From Selaginella moellendorffii (lineage: Eukaryota; Plantae; Lycopodiophyta): a stretch of DNA of 64,000 nucleotides. The notes under the pieces were generated by a model. The model made no database searches, had not been told where the DNA came from, and saw only the letters and a program-made list of their open reading frames with translations. A program made the translations under genes and the position numbers. Location of the stretch: the NCBI RefSeq assembly GCF_000143415.4, contig NW_003314288.1, positions 1,426,056-1,490,055 of the forward strand. The letters are read 5' to 3'. This document shows, one piece after another, positions 38,221 to 50,180 of the stretch. Numbering within the stretch: the first letter of the stretch is position 1; each line of letters opens with the position of its first letter.

Positions 38221-38956
38221 ACTTACTCAACTTTGCAAATAGATATTTTTAATTGAATTTTGCATAAAAGCTCTATTTCGTTAAAGTGGGATTTATTCAG
38301 TAAAATGGGACTAGGTACAAATTTTCAAGTATTTGAAAATGACGTGAAATTATATGTTTTTTGTCCAGGGGCTAGACATATCTGGGGCATGGTGACTAGC
38401 GCGGTGACTTTGTGTCCAGACTGAGTCCATCTGGTTGTATAATAAATCTCATTGTCAAGGTGAACAAGCCGAATCTGAAGCTAAAGAAGAGCGATGGCAT
38501 GCACGCACACACTATTTGTTTGTTCATTGAGCGTGTGGTGAGCTTTCCAAGATGAACGTCATTCCTATTAGCCAGACATATAACTTAATGGTGAGAACAT
38601 TTAGATATTATTCAATGTTATCTTTTTCTAACGAATCTAATTGTGAAGGTGTAGCAAGAGGCATTGCTAGTCTGGAGAAGTCATTTAACTCATTTGACCC
38701 TTAGTGTATTTTCATGAAACTAAATAACATTCATATTATTAAGGAATTTCTCTAGTACCTTTTTTTTACGACATAGAGGCTTGCATTTCTTTCAAAGGTG
38801 ATTTAGTAAAAGGCCTGAGGGCACATGCCATTCTATTTCTCAGACCGGTATTAAGATATACTAGTGCAAAGGGCCACATGCCATCACGCCTCCTCTGATT
38901 CAGATTCGGATTGTTCACCTTGAAATAAAATACATTAGAAACTTAGTAAAGGAATA

Positions 38957-41900
38957 TTAATGAATCTCACCTTGAACCCGGGTTATGAATGCTCTTGCTG
39001 CATCTCTTGCATGGTCTGGCAAGGTGATGGTGGCACTCTGCTTCTGCATCCAACCATGCACAACATTATCCACCGATATGCTCATGCTGGGATCCCTTGG
39101 ATTCAGCACCCATCTCTTTTCTAGGCAATCCTTCGTATATCCGGAACTTGGCTTGAACCACTCCACAGTTACATTGAAGGAGTTAGTTTCCCCGTCCTCC
39201 TCTGCATCAGTGATGCAGCGCCCCACCCATATCATTTGTTTTTTATTACTGGGTCTGACAAGCACGACCATTCCTTTGCAGACCTGTACTGGATTGAATG
39301 CTGAATCCGGCTTCTTGTTCCTCGGCCCACAATAGTGATCCTCAACATCGTTATCTGTCACTGCATTTCCAGAGGACATTGTTCCGCTACTTTCTGGTGC
39401 TCTGGGTTCTGGCCAAAAGGACTCTTCCAATTCTTCATATACAACCGGCCCATTTTGGATAGCAGATATAATCTTCTCCCAGTATTCGAGCAAAGGCTTG
39501 CACCTCTTAAAATAGGATTCTCCACCAAATACCAACCCCCTCTTCCAGAAGGCAATATGCTGTCTAATCCCGGCCACTATACTTTCCTGGTCTTTGAGTC
39601 CATCCGGGTGCATTGGCCGTGGGGAACCCTGAGGAATCATAGGTTCCCCAGTTATGGGATCTCTCTTGAAGAGTTCAATGCCGTCCACTGGCAGCCACAC
39701 TGTGTCCCATTCTCTCATCTTATACCTCATCACTGGAGCACCGTCATGCATGCTGAAATGAAACTGAAGAGGCTTGGAGTGGCCAATCAGCGTTTCGGAT
39801 CCGTCCCTGATGTAGCCTCTTACAAACCCCTTAAAGTCTGGAACCTCTGTCACAAGTGCAGCTTCAACAGTGCCTTTGATGCAATTTTGGAATTCATCGT
39901 AGAGTTGTGGGAGGGTGAGGACATTGGATCGCCGGAGGGACTCTGCCAGGTGACTGAACATGGCATCGACGTCTTCATGAGTGTGCCCAACCATGAGAAA
40001 GCCAAGTGTAACTGTTTCAAATATGCCTTTGGCAACAAGCATCGCCAAGTACGCGAAGACGTACATGTTTTTGTTCTCACTGCCAGCATTGTCTGTTTGG
40101 AGCAGAAGATGGGGTGGAAGGCCACATCGGCCGCAAGAACTTCCTTGAGATTCTGCTTCGTTTGGATGAGGCTGTGCATTCACCGGGCGACCAGCCTCGT
40201 CGGAATGGCATGAGGCCTCACGTGATAACCCTACAATCTGACGGCCAACATATTCACTGGGATGGCATGGGGCCCCACGCGATACTGCAAGCCTTTACTC
40301 CTCCTCCAGCTGAACCCTGTATGGGGTTCGATCGACAAGGGCCTTATGCAAGGGTTGGCCGTTCAGCTCAGTCTGCGCACTTTGCAGAGACCTTAAGTGT
40401 TTTGCTAGGGACGCAATCATCATGTTTGCACCCCCGCCACCCCATAGAGGTACAAAGAAGTTCCCATAGTTCTGGGCACCATGCCCATGAGCGATTATGC
40501 CAAACAGAGACACAGGCAGCTGCATGGATGAAGAGATTGCCTTGGGGGCAGGATTGAGTCGAGGTAAGCACGTCTTTTTCTGGTCCATTTTGTCGTGGAT
40601 GATGCAGAGGTAAGAGTCAGGTCTCTCCATGGAGAGAATCCTGTTATGATAATATGCAGTCCTGCAGCTTCTCTGCTCAATGTTGTGGTCGAGCCGCCTT
40701 CTAACCAACGTATCTCACTCTTGAGCGCTGCAAGAATTCTTCGACAAAGCCATTTTGATAGCAGTGCACTCGTCACACTTTGAAAAGCTGGAGTACTTTC
40801 CTATACTCACATCCCTGAACCTGTTGCTCCACAATCTACTAAATCTAGATTGGCTCAGCTTCCTGTAGCCATTACTCTGGAGTTCCCGATTCACATCTTC
40901 CAATATGGCCCCCTTGGTATACATGGAAGGGAGAACTCGTTGGGTGTCTCGTGTTCCATCTTCCAAGAGGCGGGTTTTATGTGGTTGCTGCTCGCTACAT
41001 GTCTCGACAAACCTCTTGAAGATTGCCTCTCCATATACAACATGACCCCTGGTTTTGTGCGTACCGTCGTTCCCATGGACTGCCTGTTGAACCCTTTGTT
41101 CCTCGAACTCAGTTTTGATTCTGTAGAATGTGGTTCGAGGGACTCCATAAATGATTCTCCATGCCTTCATGCAGACCAAACCCCTCTGGAAGACCATGCC
41201 CCCCACCTGATGTTCTGAAGCATCAACAGATGACCGTAATGCCTCATACACAAAATTGCGAGCTGCCTTCCAGGACAATGTCTTGTATCTTGCTCTCTCC
41301 TCTTCAATAGCATCCCAATCAGCATGTTGACAGCACCTCCTCTTGCAACAAGCAACTGTCGAGACCATTCGAACCTCCATCGCTATTTTCTGCCTTTTCG
41401 GTTTGTTGCTCAGATCCCTTTGGCTGCGCTGTAGGAAGGTGTACTTTCTTTTCCCATGAAGAGATGTTCTGTCATCAGTTGTAGTGGTGTTTGATTGTGA
41501 ATCCTTCACATTCTCAAACACTAAATGCCTCAATTTCCACCGCACAATGCTTCCAATAGTCAGACTGTTTTCTTCTGTGTCAACAACCTCTAAAATCGCA
41601 ACTCCAATATCATCCCAGCCCAATTCTTGATTAGCAACCGCATCTCTTGGATCGACAACTGTGGCTAAGCCCTTAGCTACCACCTCCCCCTCGGGGTTGT
41701 TTAGAAACACCTTTGCCTGAATCCATGTAGCACGGTTCTTAAGATCCACGGAGGGAACATGCGTCGCACTTGCGCTGTCCCCAACATCTGCTTTCTTCTG
41801 CAGATTTTTCAAGGCAACAACAACATTTACCCCGACGACCATCTCTCCTCATTCAATAGCGACCACATTCCCATCGAAGACAGTCTCTACTGATACAGCA

Positions 41901-42030
41901 GCATTGCCTTCCCCAAGCCTTTGACAGTGTATAACAAAGTTCCGATCCATAGACACAAGGGTTCCTTTTGCAACTCTCTTCCCACCATTCAAAATGTAAA
42001 CCTTTTCCCCAACCCTGAAGGCCATTCTGA
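38957..42030 (-). pseudogene. Sola1-like (DUF7869-type) DDD transposase, spliced, with one CGA>TGA stop at 40715-40717
   Basis: Motifs in order: CCKRRCC, VCMKAWRIIYGV, LPSMYTK, FSKCDEC..H, IIHDKMDQ (D1), GANMMIASL, LLLQTDNAGSENKN (D2), FLMVGHTHEDVDAMFS (D3). N-terminal segment resembles the Tnp1/En-Spm accessory domain (EVVAKG...DP...LG...VRW). C-terminal beta-rich segment is BAH/Tudor-like. The 5' exons are not resolved. Confidence 0.78.
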
Positions 42031-42380
42031 AAGTGCAGAAAAGAAGTTAAGACCATACAAAAAATGATTGGAGAATGGCCTAAATCATAACATACCAAAT
42101 AGCATGAGGCCACATGCCATTATTCAAACATGCTATTGACACCCACGTGAAATTTCGCATTCACAAAATTGGCATGAGGCCTCATGCCATCTTGATATAC
42201 ACACAGCTGCAGGCAAGTAAAAACATATATGACAATACGCTAGCCATGAAATTGCAAGGGCCCAAGATGGCATGTGGCCTCATGCCATTTCTAAATGTGG
42301 TCCTAAACCATTCCATGGTGAACATACCAGGAAGCACAAGTGCCGAATATCAAGAGGAAGCGGTAGCCACACCAAAGACA

Positions 42381-42455
42381 GTGCCGCTCGCAACACCGCA
42401 ACTACTCGTAGCGCCGCTCGCAACACCGCAACTGCTCGTAGCGCCGCTCGCACAA
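42381..42455. repeat. 30-bp tandem repeat (about 2.5 copies) G[C/T]GCCGCTCGCAACACCGCAACT[A/G]CTCGTA
   Basis: Directly visible; shorter in copy 2 (about 61885-61935). Confidence 0.8.
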
Positions 42456-44244
42456 ACTGCCACTCGCATAAACTGCCGCTCGCAATGGCGCTCGCAATGC
42501 CGCAACTGCTTGTAGACGCATAAACCACAGCTCACAACGCCGCTTACACAAGCAGCGCTCACTGCGCTCAGCGGAACCAAGAACACGGCGCACAAAAATG
42601 ATAGACCTAGGAATGTGTTCGAGAATTCAAAAATAACACACGCTTGAACGTCACATCAAATCCTCTGACAAACCAGATCTTATGATTCCTCTGACAAATT
42701 TCAAACTGAGTAGCTTCTAGACTTTGCTGTCGGAGGTTGAACTTTGTCACATCATGTCCTTGTCTCGATCTAGCTGTGCCATGTCAGTGATTCGAACTTT
42801 ACCATGCCATGTCAGCGATCCGCGCCAAGATTATTCGCCGTGTAAAGGAATAATTATGCTGTGTGTGTACGTCCATTTATGGCAATATAAGGCCACATGC
42901 CATTCAAAGAATAATGCTAGTCGAGCATTTTTTGGTGCATTTTTGGGTTCAAAATTGCATGAGCCCACACGCTATAAAGTTTACCTGTACCAAAAATAGA
43001 AACAGCTTTATTTACTTGGGAATTTAAGTGGTTGAGGCATTTTTAAACTTACAAACACATGCCCTACTTACATTCATTTGGTTGCTTAAAATTCAAAAAT
43101 ATTATAAACCTTTCTTTTTGCATTTTCAATGTTTTCAATTATGGTTTTTGATTTTCGCAGGACCAGCCTAGTAATCTATTTGGATCCCGTCATGTTTATA
43201 GCTAGCTTTCGTTTGTCCCCTTCGCTGGCCTGAGATACATCTGCTCGGAATCTGCCTCTTACAGCATTTGCCCAGAAAGGGCATCTTTCTTCACGCAGCA
43301 TTTGCCACATGTTTAGGGTTAGGCTTTAGGGTTTAGGGTTTAGTAATTCAGTAGCTTGATAAACAAGCAAATACAGAACTTGATGCAAAATCCTTTGATA
43401 TGTCACAATGCCCCTAGGACCATAAACACATTTCAATAGAGAGGGTCCTTTCATTTCATAACTCCTTACGTAGATCTTGGTGAAACTAGAGTTAGTGAAG
43501 TTGGTTTCTTGTGATCCCGCATCTGATTGTGATGTCCCTTTGCAGTGTCGATGGAAAGGTCAATGCACACCAAACTGTAGAATCTTGGAGCAAAATAACG
43601 GTCGGATCTATGGCAAATGCCCCTGAAACATTGTAAGGCTCGTGTGGTCTCATGTGGTGTCCGATCGAGATGCTTCTTTGCAGGGTCATCAAGAAGGACA
43701 TTGTATACCATTTTGTAAAATCTAGTTGCGATCTAACGGTTGGATCTCCAGGAAACTCAAAACAATCTCGCGCGTGTCAGAATATTCTAGGAATATACTC
43801 CTATGTGCTCCTGAAAATGGCATGCGGCCCCACGCCATTCAAGAAATAACGCCAGATGACGCCGAGCATTTTTTGGTGCATTTTTTGGGATCAAAATTGC
43901 ATGAGCCCACATGCTTGAACGTCACATCAAATCCTCTGACAATTTATTTAGCTGAACATCTGGCATTTTTGGAAATACAAGATGCTTTGGAATATCCAAT
44001 CATGCATGGTATAAATATAGCGAGGGTATTAAATGATATCCCAATCATGATCTTTCTTTTGGATTTCGCGTGCATGCAGTCCGAGGAATGATGACGTTGC
44101 GGATTTCTTTTGGATTTCACGCATGCGCGCGCCGATCCAGAAATTAATGGTGGCGCCCAAGTCCGAGAAATGATGACGTGGCGGGATTACCAACCGTCGT
44201 GACATTTCGCGCGTGTGAGGTTAGGTTTTGCATTTTGCTTCGTA

Positions 44245-44325
44245 CTCGCGCTCGCATCGCGCTCCCACTCGCGCTCGCATCGCGCTCCCACTCGCGCTCG
44301 CATCGCGCTCCCACTCGCGCTCCCA
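44245..44325. repeat. CpG-rich 23-bp tandem repeat CTCGCGCTCGCATCGCGCTCCCA (about 3.5 copies) upstream of the cargo gene
   Basis: Directly visible; fewer units in copy 2 (about 60275-60325). Confidence 0.85.
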
Positions 44326-44617
44326 CTTCTTTACAGGTTTCTCGTGTGCATCGGCGTCCACTCGCGCTTGCATCACACTCGCGCTCGCATCGCGCTCGTG
44401 TGCATCGGCGTCCACTTCAAGACACACCCAGTTTGTAACTTCGCCACCAACTCCGCCGCCCACTCCGCCACCCACACGCAGCCCACTTGGCGTCCCGGGA
44501 GATTTCAGCGCCACTCTCCAACTGTAAGTGGCAGAGTAGCCTTGCTGCTACGATCCGCTGCACACACAGTGCACATTCGCCAGCGAGTCCGGTTGTCACG
44601 CCTCCATTCGGCTTCAA

Positions 44618-47600
44618 ATGGTAAGTCTTTTAGGCCAAGTAGAAAATGGCATGAGGCCACATGCCATTCAGTAGCAACATTGGCATGCACCGATTGGGCT
44701 CTCGAGTGCAGTCCGGTTACAGATGGCGTGTAGCCTCACGCCATCTTAGGATGCAGCCTCAAGACATCTGATGCAGTGGTGAATGGCGTGTGGCCTCACG
44801 TTATTTCCAGCTACTAGCTTTTCATCTGTCAGCTCTAATTGTTGTGCATTTCTGAACAGGCGAGGAATTGCGTTCTTCTTCCAGCCACTGTCAATGTGAA
44901 TGCAGAGAAGGGGGAGGAGCTCACCAGTTGGACTTTCGGGATGGAAGGCAAGGATCTGAGGCTGTACAACATAGATGGTGGGAGAAAATAATGCATGGGG
45001 ATCCTCATCCAAGTGACAGACACTCCATGCAGTTCCATGCAAGAATATGGACTGGCACTTGTGGTAGAGACAGCGTCTGCCTTCAAGATCCACCTTGCAC
45101 ATCCTAGCGGCTTCCTAGAGGGGGGCAGCGGCTATGAGGAATTCCTAGAGGGAGCTAGGGAGAGGTTGTCTAGGAGGCCCACAATTTCAAAGACGCTGCG
45201 GGTCTATGAAGATCACATGGAATCCACGGACCTCACCTACGGCGATGTTCAAAAACTATATTCCAACATTGAGCCGTTGAGAGTGACTCCAGTTCGCGAA
45301 GCGAAGGGGAAGGGGGTCGATCTGGAAACTACCTCGAAGCAGAAAAGGGTGGTCAAGCTCAAGCCGACGTCCGACTCTCCTGCTCCAAAAAAGAAGCTAC
45401 TCAGTGATGCCATTGCCTCGGGTTCGAACACTACACCCACCAAAAAGAAGAGCCGCAAAGAGCAGAAAGAGCAAGAAGAGGCAGCAAAAATCGTCGCAGA
45501 TAATAGTACTTGTTACTATTCCAACAAAGTGTATACAATCGACGTGAGCCGTATCGACATCCAAAGCAAATACAACCACAGGCTAGTATCTGATGAGTGG
45601 GTGGAGAAATTGAAGCAGAAGATGCTGGCAAGTCCAGTAACACCCGACATCACAGACGTGATCCCCTACTACCAAAAAATGAAGGGCGAGATGAGGTTTC
45701 CAGACTTGATCAATAGGAAGGTGTTGGACGATCAGAACATCCGGTTTTATGCCGTCTCCGGGCAGCATTCTAGCTTGGCGATGCAAGAGATAGTTGTGGA
45801 TATTATGGTGGGCGAGGAGGTGAAGAAAGTCTTCAAGACAAGAGTTGTCCGCCTGATAAAAGGCAACTCGCCCCTCCGATCTATCATATACATCTCCCAC
45901 GCGCAGAATGTCAAGCAAGAAACGTGCTACAAATCGGGTCTGCACGAGACATTGGCACGAACACGGAAGCTCTGGGTTCAACTGAAGAAGCCACAAAAAC
46001 CAGGACAAGGACGTGCACTAGCAATTAGCGCCTGGCAGGTAAGCCTCGTTGTATGTGGCATAGCATGTGGCCTCACGCCATTTCCATTGCAGGAATTCTC
46101 AAGTCTTCTCTCGAAAACACTGGGGGTCAATGACACACTCAGCATCCATAACATTCTACTCGCGACAAAAGTTGTTTTTGACAAATGGGTAGATGTGCTG
46201 AGGAGGTACCATGACGGGGAGTTGCCAAACTCAATGGGTGTGGAGGACGGCCAGAAGCCCAATGATTTGAAGCTCAACGCCTTGCGTTTCTCGCAGTCTC
46301 TAGACGACGACGACCTTCTGACAGTGGCTAATGCTCTTCTACGTGGTGAGGTAGTCTTCAACAAGACCAAAATGACTCCCGGCCATATTGTGACATACGA
46401 GGACTTGTGCACGACTCTGAGAGCTCGTGCGCTATTGAAGGATTGGATCTTCGAGCAAGTGGCCGTGGAGAGGGTGAGCATCGACACCACGCAAGAGATG
46501 ATGGAAGCGCTGGAGTTGTCAAATGAATACATCGACGAGTACGTGAAGGGGGCCCCCAAGTTCATCGATCTGCTGCGGGATGCCACGAAAAGTAAAGCTG
46601 AGAAGTTGGATCAGTATCCAAATTTCATTAAGATTGATGTCGACCGCCGGCTTCAGAAACAGCTCAACCCCGCAGCAGAGGCCTATCGAGAACCTTACCG
46701 GGTATACTTGAATTCGGATGTGGATCAAAGGTGGAGGAGCATCGTTTCCCGCGGAGATGAGCAGGTCAAGAACATCTTTTGTGTGATGGACTTCACAAAC
46801 GAGGAGATCACTCATGCAGACGAAGTCAGCTCCATCATTGACTTAATGGTGGGACTTGCGGAGGTGGAATCTTCAGTCCACTATATGATCTACGACTCCG
46901 AATCCTATCATAAGTTCTGGAAGGCCTTGAACGAGGTGAAGGCTCGGTTGAAAGGCAAGGAGATGCGGGAGATCCATGGGATAATGGCTAAGAAGAAGAT
47001 ACCGACGAATGTCCGCATCTTCACACTCGCCCTTGTTATTGGTCCTGCAGCAGAGTGGGACTGGAGTGACTTCCCAGCTTCGTTCGACAAGGCCAATCGA
47101 ATTGATCTGAGGGAGGTCAATTTACCCGTGCCTGAGGAACTGAAGACGGCTATGGATCCAAAGAAAGCTCCAGGTGCAGCATGGGAAATGCTCAGCTGGG
47201 TCTTCAACGCAATAGCGGGTGGGTCACCTGCTTCCGACTCCAAGGGCAAATGCGTTGTCGAGTACAACTGCGGCGGACTATTCTTTCGAGCCGCACTACT
47301 CAAGGGTGTCCCGTGTGTTGCGGTGACAAACTCCATTGAAGAGGTGACTTCAATGGAGCATATAATTACAGTTGCCAAAGAAAAACAGTATCTTCTCTGC
47401 GAACCTGGTGAGTACGCACTTTAAGTTTAAATGTTATCTCACAAGCTCTGTATGCAGGAGCGTGGCCACCCCCAGATGCTGAAACGGCGTTAACAGCTAC
47501 TGTTGAAGATACCCATGTTGGGCCGAGCTCACAACTTGCACAAGGTAAGGTCACGTGAGGCCTCACGCCATTTTGATTATAGATCGTTGTGAATATTCAG

Positions 47601-50180
47601 ACACGAGGACTGAAAAGCGCACTGGTGGCGCATCGAAGAAGGACAAACAGACAAGCAATAGGAAAAAAGGAGGTACAAATTATATTTGCAATGGCGTGTG
47701 GTCTCATGCCATTCCTTGCAGGAGAAACTTCTTCAAAGGCAAAACAGGCAAGCACCAGCCAAGCTCAAACTGACAGTGGTCATAAAAAGCGAAAGCACGT
47801 TGGACAGTCGTCGAGATCAGAGGCGTTTGATTCGAAAAGGAAGAAGGGCAACGAAAAGATGATAGGTAATGCCTCGCGGTTATGGCGTGTGTGCTCATGC
47901 CATTCATTGCAGATCAAGGGCTGAGTGAAAGCAGGCAGTCACCACCTCATGACTCAAATTCCTATGGCGGACTCCCCTTCCCCAATCTCAATGGAGAGGT
48001 ACAATGGATGAGGGAAGCTTTTCAAGTCAGGGCCACGTTTTTCTCATCTCGTCGTCTTCGAAGGGTGCAAGAACGTGCAGAAACCATGTTAAGACAGTCG
48101 GGTGAGGATACGGTCCTAGGTCACGCACTAAAACACGCTATGGATGTCTTGTATTTTGAGATGGAGACTCGGCCAGATGATTTTCCCAAGATGGTCCTGG
48201 AAGAACAAGCCATCCAGCCTGAGCAGCCTATGGAAGAAATGCAGGAGGGGGATGAGGAGCCAGAGAAAGATAATGAGCAGGAAGAGCAGAAGGACGAAGA
48301 GGAGGACAAAGAAGAGGAGGACGAAGAAGAGGAGGATGAAGAGGACTTGGATGGTCCTCACAATGGTGACGATCACAATAACGACGACGACGATGATGAC
48401 GACGATGGCCAGCCTGAGGTGGCCAAAGAGCAGCGGAGGAAGGTCATACAAGACAAACCATCAGGTAAATAATAATACATCCATTCCTAACCTTTTACCA
48501 TTTCGAATATTGTCCATGTAGGTCGCAAAGCAAATGGTAAGTAGAGATTATTCAGTTGAATTTACAAACTCTAGCCTTTAGTGTCGAGGAAGGATAGTGC
48601 CAAGCAAGGGTCGAAACGTATGTCCAATCCTTCAGAATCAGCAGTGCGCCCAAGTGATATCGGTCCTAGTTCCTCAATAGCAGTTGATGGTAAATACAGT
48701 ATAGTCGATTCAATGTGCTAATGAGTTTGTTTTTAGTAGCACGGGAGGATACCATCTCAATCGAAGGGAGATATTTGGACATGCATATGGATCCGCCAGT
48801 GGACTCTACTTGGCTGCAAGAGTCATCAGAGCTGGTGGAGGCTACTATCCATATCAACGCCAAGCAAGCTGACCACGCTCCACTTGATGCTGCCCATACC
48901 ACTGAGTCAATCTTGTCCACGTATCCAACTGACGGTGACCAGGCGCCATTGGACCCACATGAGGCCGCCCCAGCCGCCGAGCCGGTCGTATCCTCATTTC
49001 CAACGGACTCAACGTGTGCCCAATCGTCTGACTACGCGCCGTTGGAACCTCCCTACACCGCCCCTGCTGCCTGTTCGGTCATGTCCACTTTGCCAACGGA
49101 GGCACCAGCTGAAATGGCGTGTGATCACACGCCATCGGAACCACCCCATGCCACTGTTGAGCCAGTTGTACCAGAGTCTACAGCTGAAATGGCATGTGCC
49201 CACACGCCATCGGATGCGATTGACCCCACATTGCAGAGGAGAGTATTTCCGCCCTTCACGTTTCCTCGACCAAAACCCTCTCAACGACCATCGGGAGCAA
49301 CATTCGCTAATATTGTAGATGGTAAAATTGACTTGTACCATTTTTTATGCTGACGCATTTCATTTCAGAGTCACGGCGAAGGTACTGTATCGTTTTTGAT
49401 CTGAACGGTGTCCTTTTCTCCCATGAGCGTGGCTCGTCCTCGAATGTCATTGCACCCTCCAAAGCTTGCGGTCGCAAGTTGGTCAAAAGAGACAGATTCA
49501 CATTAATCACACGGGAGAAACTGCGGGATCTAATAATGACCATGCGACACTTAAAACAGAGGGCCGGGTTCAATTTGCAATTGGGAGTTTGGACATCCAT
49601 GATGCGCCACAATGCATTAACGTTGCTACAGATGATGCACAATCAGACGCGAGTAATATTACCATTTGACTTTCTCCTAACGCAGGAGGATTGCTTGACT
49701 ATGGTCCATGTGAGGGGTAGCAAGCCCATCTTCGTCAAGCCAGAGGCTGTAGTGATGAACCGGACTGCTAGCTCAAGTGAAATCCTCATCATCGATGACT
49801 CGCCGATTAAAACTGCAGCGAACACGCACACATATGCAGTGCACCCCATCTCTTGCAGTATGGAAACTAGGGAGAAGAAACCGTATGTTCTGGGGGACCT
49901 TGCAAAATGGCTTGGAGCGATGGTGATAGAGAGCCGGCCAGTCCAGGAGGTGGTTGCAGAAATCAACCAAATGGCAGATGGAACGGTATATCAGAAGCCA
50001 TTTGATCGGACAGACACCAGTCATCATTTATGGCATGTATATTGTCTAGCCAAGCACTATCCGCATCTCCATAATTTGCTCAACCGGATGGGTTCTTCGA
50101 CCACTGAACATGAGTGTGGACGTATTAGAGAAGAGATGGCATTACTATTGGGTTTAAATCCTGATAGTGTGGAGAGATGA
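44618..50180 (+). CDS. Transposon cargo gene, multi-exon: ParB/Srx-like domain, degenerate beta-class DNA amino-methyltransferase fold, acidic/low-complexity linker, FCP1/NIF-type HAD domain. A premature TAA at 44989-44991 affects the predicted 5' end.
   Basis: ATG|GT at 44618-44622. Putative introns 44621-44859, 46039-46092, 47408-47457, 47545-47600, 47673-47721, 47866-47912 and further ones to about 49368 link ORFs 44995-47424, 47882-48472, 48715-49353 and 49347-50180; not every junction was phase-checked. Motifs: NHRLVSDEWVEKLKQKM...FYAVSGQHSSLA; NIFCVMDFTN...KGKCVVEYNCGGLFFRAALLKGVPCVAV; IVFDLNGVL...GVWTSM...FVKP...ILIIDDSPIK. Confidence 0.7.
49369..50180 (+). CDS. FCP1/NIF (CTD-phosphatase-like) HAD domain exon
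   Basis: HAD motif I variant DLNGVL, motif II WTS, motif III K and motif IV IIDDSP.K. Confidence 0.85.

Noticed and set aside
43313-43343. TTTAGGG repeats (also about 61005-61027 and 13697-13716) as an interstitial telomere
   Set aside because: Only 2-4 imperfect units in TE promoter regions; more consistent with telobox motifs.
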